Part shown: positions 58,150-64,000 of the stretch, piece after piece | Layout of the letters: each line of letters begins with the position of its first letter | Position numbering within the stretch: position 1 is the stretch's first letter | Origin: Antedon mediterranea | Taxonomy: Eukaryota; Animalia; Echinodermata | Length of the DNA: 64,000 nucleotides | NCBI RefSeq assembly: GCF_964355755.1 | Contig: NC_092674.1 | Location: 7,440,001-7,504,000 of the forward strand | Direction: 5' to 3' | Translations under genes and position numbers: made by a program | Notes under the pieces: generated by a model | Database searches by the model: none | What the model was told of the DNA's origin: nothing | The model's input: only the letters and a program-made list of their open reading frames with translations

Positions 58150-61100
58150 TGAAAAATTTAACCGATAGGTCTCACTTAATAGAAAATTACAAAATTTAGA
58201 AAGAATTTGTTCATATATATATATAATTTAATTCCAACTACTTTAAAAAAAAAAACGATATAAAAATCAATAATTAATAGTCATTACTGCAGTAAAAAAT
58301 TGAAACCCAACTTTAATATTCAATCATAATGAATGAGCTTGACGATGCGTGACATTTGCAAGATGTTTATAATGATTCAATCAATTAATTGTTACAAAAT
58401 ATGTTGCTGGTATACATTCTGGTAGATAGAAAGACAAATAAGAAATTTGAATGGATTTCCGATCGCTGTTTGTCGTTAGTAATGTGACGTAACACTGTGT
58501 GACTTAATGTATAGTGCAAGTAGGTTTTTGGGGGTCAAAATAAATTTGAGTCATACTTAATATTTGTTTTAAACAGAAAATTACACAAATTTAGAAGAAT
58601 TTGTTTATTAAATTATATATAATTGTATTCCAATATTTATAAAATACTTTTTCGAAAAAAAAAACCCCCGGTATGATAATCAAATTAATAGTCATTACTG
58701 CAGTGAAAATTAAAAACCAACTTTAATATTCAATTAGATTTTAGTGAGTGAAATAAAACACTGCATTTGTTTTATGAAGCTTGACGATGCGTGACATTTG
58801 CACGATGTTTATATGATTCAATCAATTAATTGTATTTACAAATGTTGCTGGTATACATTCTGGTAGAAAGGCAAATAAGAAATTTGAATGGATTTCCGAT
58901 CGCTGTTTGTCGTTAGTAATGTGACGTAACACTGTGTGACTTAATCGCAAGCAGGTTTTTGGGGGTCAAAATAAATTTGAGTCATACTTAAAATTTGTTT
59001 TAAATAGAAAATTAAAACTATTTATCCAAATTTAGAATAGTTTTGTTGAAATATAGGCCTATATAATTTTATTCCAATATTTATAAAATACTTAAAAAAA
59101 CCGACATAAAAATCAATAATTAGGCCTAATACTGTAGTAATAATAAAACCAATACAATCAATTTAACCGATAGGTCTCACTTAATATTTTTTAAACAGAA
59201 AATTATACAAATTTAGAAGAATTTGTTTATATATATATAATTGTATTCCAATATTTACAAAATACTTTTTCGAAAAAAAACCCCCCCCCCGTATGATAAT
59301 AAATAATTAATAGTCATTACTGCAGTGAAAATTAAAAACCAACTTTAATATTCAATTAGATTTTAGTGAGTGAAATAAAACACTGAATTTGTTTTATGAA
59401 GCTTGACGATGCGTGACATTTGCACGATGTTTATATGATTCAATCAATTAATTGTATTTACAAATGTTGCTGGTATACTGGTAGGAAGGCGAATAAGAAA
59501 TTTGAATGGATTTCCGATCGCTGTTTGTCGTTAGTAATGTGACGTAACACTGTGTGACTTAATGTATAGTGCAAGCAGGTTTTTGGGGGTCAAAATAAAT
59601 TTGAGTCATACTTAATATTTGTTTTAAACAGAAAATTAAAACTATTTGTCCAAATTTAGAATAATTTTGTTGAAATATAGGCCTATATAATTTTATTCCA
59701 ATATTTATTAAATACTTTAAAAAAAAAAGCCGACATAAAAATCAATAATTATAGGCCTAATAGTAATAATAAAACCAATACAATCAATTTAACCGATAGG
59801 TCTCACTTAATATTTTTTAAACAGAAAATTAAACAAATTTAGAAGAATTTGTTTATATATATATAATTGTATTCCAATATTTAAAAAATACTTTTTCGAA
59901 AAAAAACCCCCCGGTATGATAATCAATAATTAATAGTCATTACTGCAGTGAAAATTAAAAACCAACTTTAAAGATGTATTGTCCCTTGAAACACAAAAAA
60001 ATGAAGGTCAAAATATTCTAAATTTAAAGTGGCCATATCAAAGTAATATTAAAGTTATTCACTTTAAGTCGAAAATTTGAGCAAAAAACAACAAGTTTAC
60101 GTAATTAACAGGTAAATTAGTTTGATTACATTTCATCTGGAAAATCGTCACGAGCGAAAGTAAACAAAGATTTCAAACCATGAGTACGCATTATGCATAT
60201 GCTAAATTAGGATTGTTTACAACTCGTCACGGTTAAGAAGGTATTTTCACACATATCATGAGGAAGTTTTATGATTATGCATACAGAGTAGCCAAACAAG
60301 CGCGTTTCATTATGGGATATGTTTTGATTGAAAACTTTGACTGGAAGTCAAAGTTATTTTTTTAACAAAAAAACGTCTGTATTTCAGTTAAAATTGTTTT
60401 TTTTCGAAAAATTTTTGGTGATAGTTAATAACTATTATGATACTTCAAATGACCCACCGTTTTTCGAAATCTTTTATTTTTTATTTTTTTGGAATTAGTC
60501 AAAGGGACAATACATCTTTAATATTCAATTAGATTTTAGTGAGTGAAATAAAACACTGCATTTGTTTTATGAAGCTTGACGATGCGTGACATTTGCACGA
60601 TGTTTATAATGATTCAATCAATTAATTGTATTTACAAATGTTGCTGGTATACATTCTGGTAGAAAGGCGAATAAGAAATTTGAATGGATTTCCGATCGCT
60701 GTTTGTCGTTAGTAATGTGACGTAACACTGTGTGACTTAATGTATAGCGCAAGCAGGTTTTTGGGGGTCAAAATAAATTTGAGTCATACTTAATAAAAAC
60801 CGGTTTAAAAATCAATAATTAATAGTATAATAATAAAACCAATACAATCAATTTAACCGATAGGTCTCACTTAATATTTATTATATATAATATAAAATTT
60901 AGAAGAATTTGTTCATAAATATATAATTTATTCCAATATTTAAAAAATACTTTTTCGAAAAAAAAAAACCCGATTTAAAAATCAATAATTAATAGTCATT
61001 ACTGCAGTGGAAATTGAAAACCAACTTTAATATTCAATTAGCTTTTAGTGAGTAAAATAAAACACTGCATTCGTTTTATGAATGAATGAGCTTGACGATG

Positions 61101-61220
61101 CGTGACATTTGCACAATGTTTATAATGATCCAATCAATTAATTGTATTCACAAATGTTGCTGGTATACTGGTAGGAAGGCGAATAAGAAATGGATGTTTT
61201 TCCGATCGCTGTTTGTCGGT
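58150..61220. repeat. Complex tandem repeat, ~440-630-bp units, ~5 copies
   Basis: TTTCCGATCGCTGTTTGTCG at ~58455, 58892, 59511, 60689 and 61199, with shared flanking blocks. Confidence 0.9.
59972..60517. mobile_element. Kolobok-like MITE
   Basis: TTAA|AGATGTATTGTCCCTT...AAGGGACAATACATCT|TTAA; the empty site ACCAACTTTAATATTCAATT is seen in neighbouring repeat units. Confidence 0.9.
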
Positions 61221-62071
61221 ATAGTAGAGGCTATATATGGTTTGACCTTGAAAAAATTCTAATAAAAGGTCTTTTGGTATTTTCTTGTAGCTTTAGGTGT
61301 GAATAATTACCAAAAAATTTTTGCAGCCTTCTAGTTGCTGCGTTAGTGAGATATTGAGGGTCAAAGGTCAGTGACCTTTTTGTGGCATTTGATGGCTCAT
61401 AACTCCTCAACTCCTGGGTTTAAAAAGACAAATGTGGTTTCTACATCTATGTTTTAGTGGTCAAACAACAAAATAAAGTTTTTGCAAATTTCGGGTTACT
61501 TGTGCCATTGGTCAGATAGTCGGGTCAAAGGTCATTGACCTTTATTCATTAATAACTACTGCTAGTGTAGGACCTGAGTAAGATTAGTATGCATTCAATT
61601 TAGGAGAGAATATCTCAACTGTTATAGGATAATTTGACCCCAAGGAACAACATGGGATATGTGTCAAATTCGTTATCTGGGGCGAACATGCCCAAAATCG
61701 GGGTCAAGGGTTAGAAATGTGTGGTTCTTATATCTCGACAACCACTTGTCATACAGATTTGCTTTTGGTGTCAAATTGTTCAGAATATACATATTTATAT
61801 TCGGTCTAACACAACTTTTACCCAAAAAATGACCGGAAATGCTTTTACTGACCTTTGACCAAAAAACACATTTTCGGGTTAAATTATTATTTAAAATGTC
61901 AATGGACACACTTTGCTACCCAACTTGTATTTAATTATGTGATGTTATTTTTGGAAAATATGCATATTTTATTAAATTTAGACAAAAATTAGTATAAATT
62001 AATGTAAGTTTATTTTGGGTGAAATAATTCTAGCGTTGTAATGAAATATTTGGTATAAAAAAGGAAACACT

Positions 62072-62820
62072 TAGTTGTAGTTTATTAAGTTCTTTATTTG
62101 GTAGACCAAACAAAATGGCATTGCAGTAGTCTAACCGTGAACAGAACATCAACAACACAAGCTTCGATAACCGACTTCGCCTCATTAAACTCTGCTGGAT
62201 TAAAGCTGATGTACAGTTGTGTATCATCTGCGTACACATGATATTGGACACAATGTCTCTTAATGATATCACTCATGGGCGAGATGTAAACTAAAAACAA
62301 TACTGGACCCAGTATTGATCCTTGAGGAACACCGCATTTCAGGTCGATAGGTGGATTTGACATTACCAATCTGGACCTGCTGCTTCCTATAGAAGACAAA
62401 TATGACTTGAACCAATTTAGAGCAGATCCACGGATACCAATAGACGAGAGTCTTGCAATAAGAATGGAATAGTCCATGGTATCAGAAGCTGCCGACAGGT
62501 CGAGGTACACAGAAAAAAGACAATTACCTTTATCCAGAGCTAAAATAATATCATTATGCACCTTGAGAATGGCTGAATCTGTACTGTGGTGCTGGTTGAA
62601 GAGGGTCGAACAGATTATTGTCGTCAAGAAAATGTATGAGATCTAAAGCAACGCATTTCTCAAGGATCAATTAGATAAGAAAGTGACATTAGAAATAGAA
62701 TGAAAATTTGCCATGCAAGTATGATCCAGTGAAGGCTTCTTTAAAATAAATGTAACTAGACCCAACTTCAAATCATCAGGAAAGGTCGTACCAGTTGATA
62801 AAGATAAATTAATAATAATT
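62072..62820 (-). pseudogene. L2/CR1-group LINE RT fragment
   Basis: HSTDSAILKVHNDI, LDLSAA, GVPQGSILGP, YADDTQLY, SRLDYCNAILFGLP; frameshifts and deletions. Confidence 0.88.
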
Positions 62821-62999
62821 CTAAATACTGAAGTCAATTATGCACATTTTCCATAAAGTTATATTCCTAATTAAAAATTTTCAATACAAGTTGGGTAGCA
62901 ATGGGTAGCATATTGTATATGCTTCCATTTTATACCATACAGTGTGTCCATTGACATTTTAAAGAATAATTTAACCCGAAAATGTGTTTTTTTGTGTCA

Positions 63000-64000
63000 T
63001 TTTTTCGATCAACCAGCATCGGCCAATAGCTTAAGATCTGCATGGCAACTTGTCAAACAACTCTCAGGGAAGAGATCTCAAAGTTCATGCATCATGGGAG
63101 AGGATCGTCTTCTAGCATGGAAAACTCACTTCCACAAACTACTATCGGTGAAGACTTCAGTGGTAGATGACATGGATATCTGCAAAATCTTCAACTTCAA
63201 CCACCAGATAAGCTCCGAGAAGTTCTCCGAGGCTGAGGTGTCAATTGCCTGCAAACAGATGAAATTTGGCAAAGCACCTGGTCTTGACGGTCTTCCCATC
63301 GAAATATGGAAATTACCTGGCACCCAGAAAGCTCTCACTTCTTTCTGCAATCAAACTCTTGACGGAAACAGGCCATCAGAATGGGGAATTTCTGGGATCG
63401 TTCCTATTCCGAAAAAAATGTGATCTTTCAAAACCAGATAACTACAGGGGTATTTCATTATCACAATTGGCTGCAAAGATCTACAATCGTCTGATTTTAA
63501 ATAGGATACGTCCTGTGATTAATGAAGATCTACTCCCCAACCAGAATGGCTTTCGTCAGGCACGATCAACAACTTCGCACATTCTTGCACTGAGGAGAAT
63601 TGTTGAAGAGGTAAGAACCATCACAAGGAGGCAGTCATTATCTTTATTGACTTTCGCAAAGCCTTTGATTCCATCAATCGCAACATCATGATGAAGATCC
63701 TCTTAGCATACGGCATCCCTCATAAAATTGTAGAAGCCATCAGAGTAATGTATATCAATACATCAGCAGTTGTCCTGACTCCAGATGGTGAGACTGATTG
63801 CTTCAACATCGACTCTGGCGTACTTCAAGGAGACCCTCTTGCTCCATTCTTGTTTATTGTCTGCCTTGACTACGCAATGCGATCAGCAACTACATCATCA
63901 GACGGTCTCAACCTCCACCGTAGGCGTAGTAGAAGACATCCAGCTGAAGTACTACCAGACCTGGACTTTGCCGATGACATCGCCATTCTTGAAGATTCCA
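63000..64000 (+). pseudogene. RTE-clade LINE reverse transcriptase fragment (runs off the window)
   Basis: GKAPGLDG, NYRGISL, QNGFR, FIDFRKAFDSI, GVLQGDPLAPFLF, DLDFADDIAIL; frameshifts at ~63420 and ~63620. Confidence 0.9.

Overview
AT-rich, intron- and transposon-rich animal genomic DNA. It is probably a marine invertebrate deuterostome such as an echinoderm; that is an inference from the TE clades, the U12 introns and TAGGCCTA-rich sequence. Two spliced host genes lie on the + strand. The first is a TMEM87/GOST-family 7TM gene (~28.9-41.5 kb, possibly a degenerating paralog). It carries two tandem alternative exons, each with a U2 AG acceptor and a U12 ATATCCTT donor, an arrangement that would enforce mutually exclusive splicing. 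The second is an uncharacterized 8-exon gene (48.3-53.5 kb). The rest is nested mobile DNA: a Polinton/Maverick remnant, IS3EU-type foldback elements (one inserted into a copy of itself), a near-intact Gmr1-type Gypsy (PR-IN-RT-RH order), and a gag/protease-less Gypsy whose PBS runs 48 nt into the tRNA-Leu primer with a mismatch at the m1A58 position. There are also Academ, Kolobok, P, MuDR, Harbinger, Tc1, Crypton-like and Penelope elements, CR1/L2/RTE LINE fragments, SINEs, a 378-bp near-perfect palindrome and several minisatellites. All calls come from reading the sequence by eye. No database search was run, and superfamily names rest on TIR/TSD signatures and recalled motifs.
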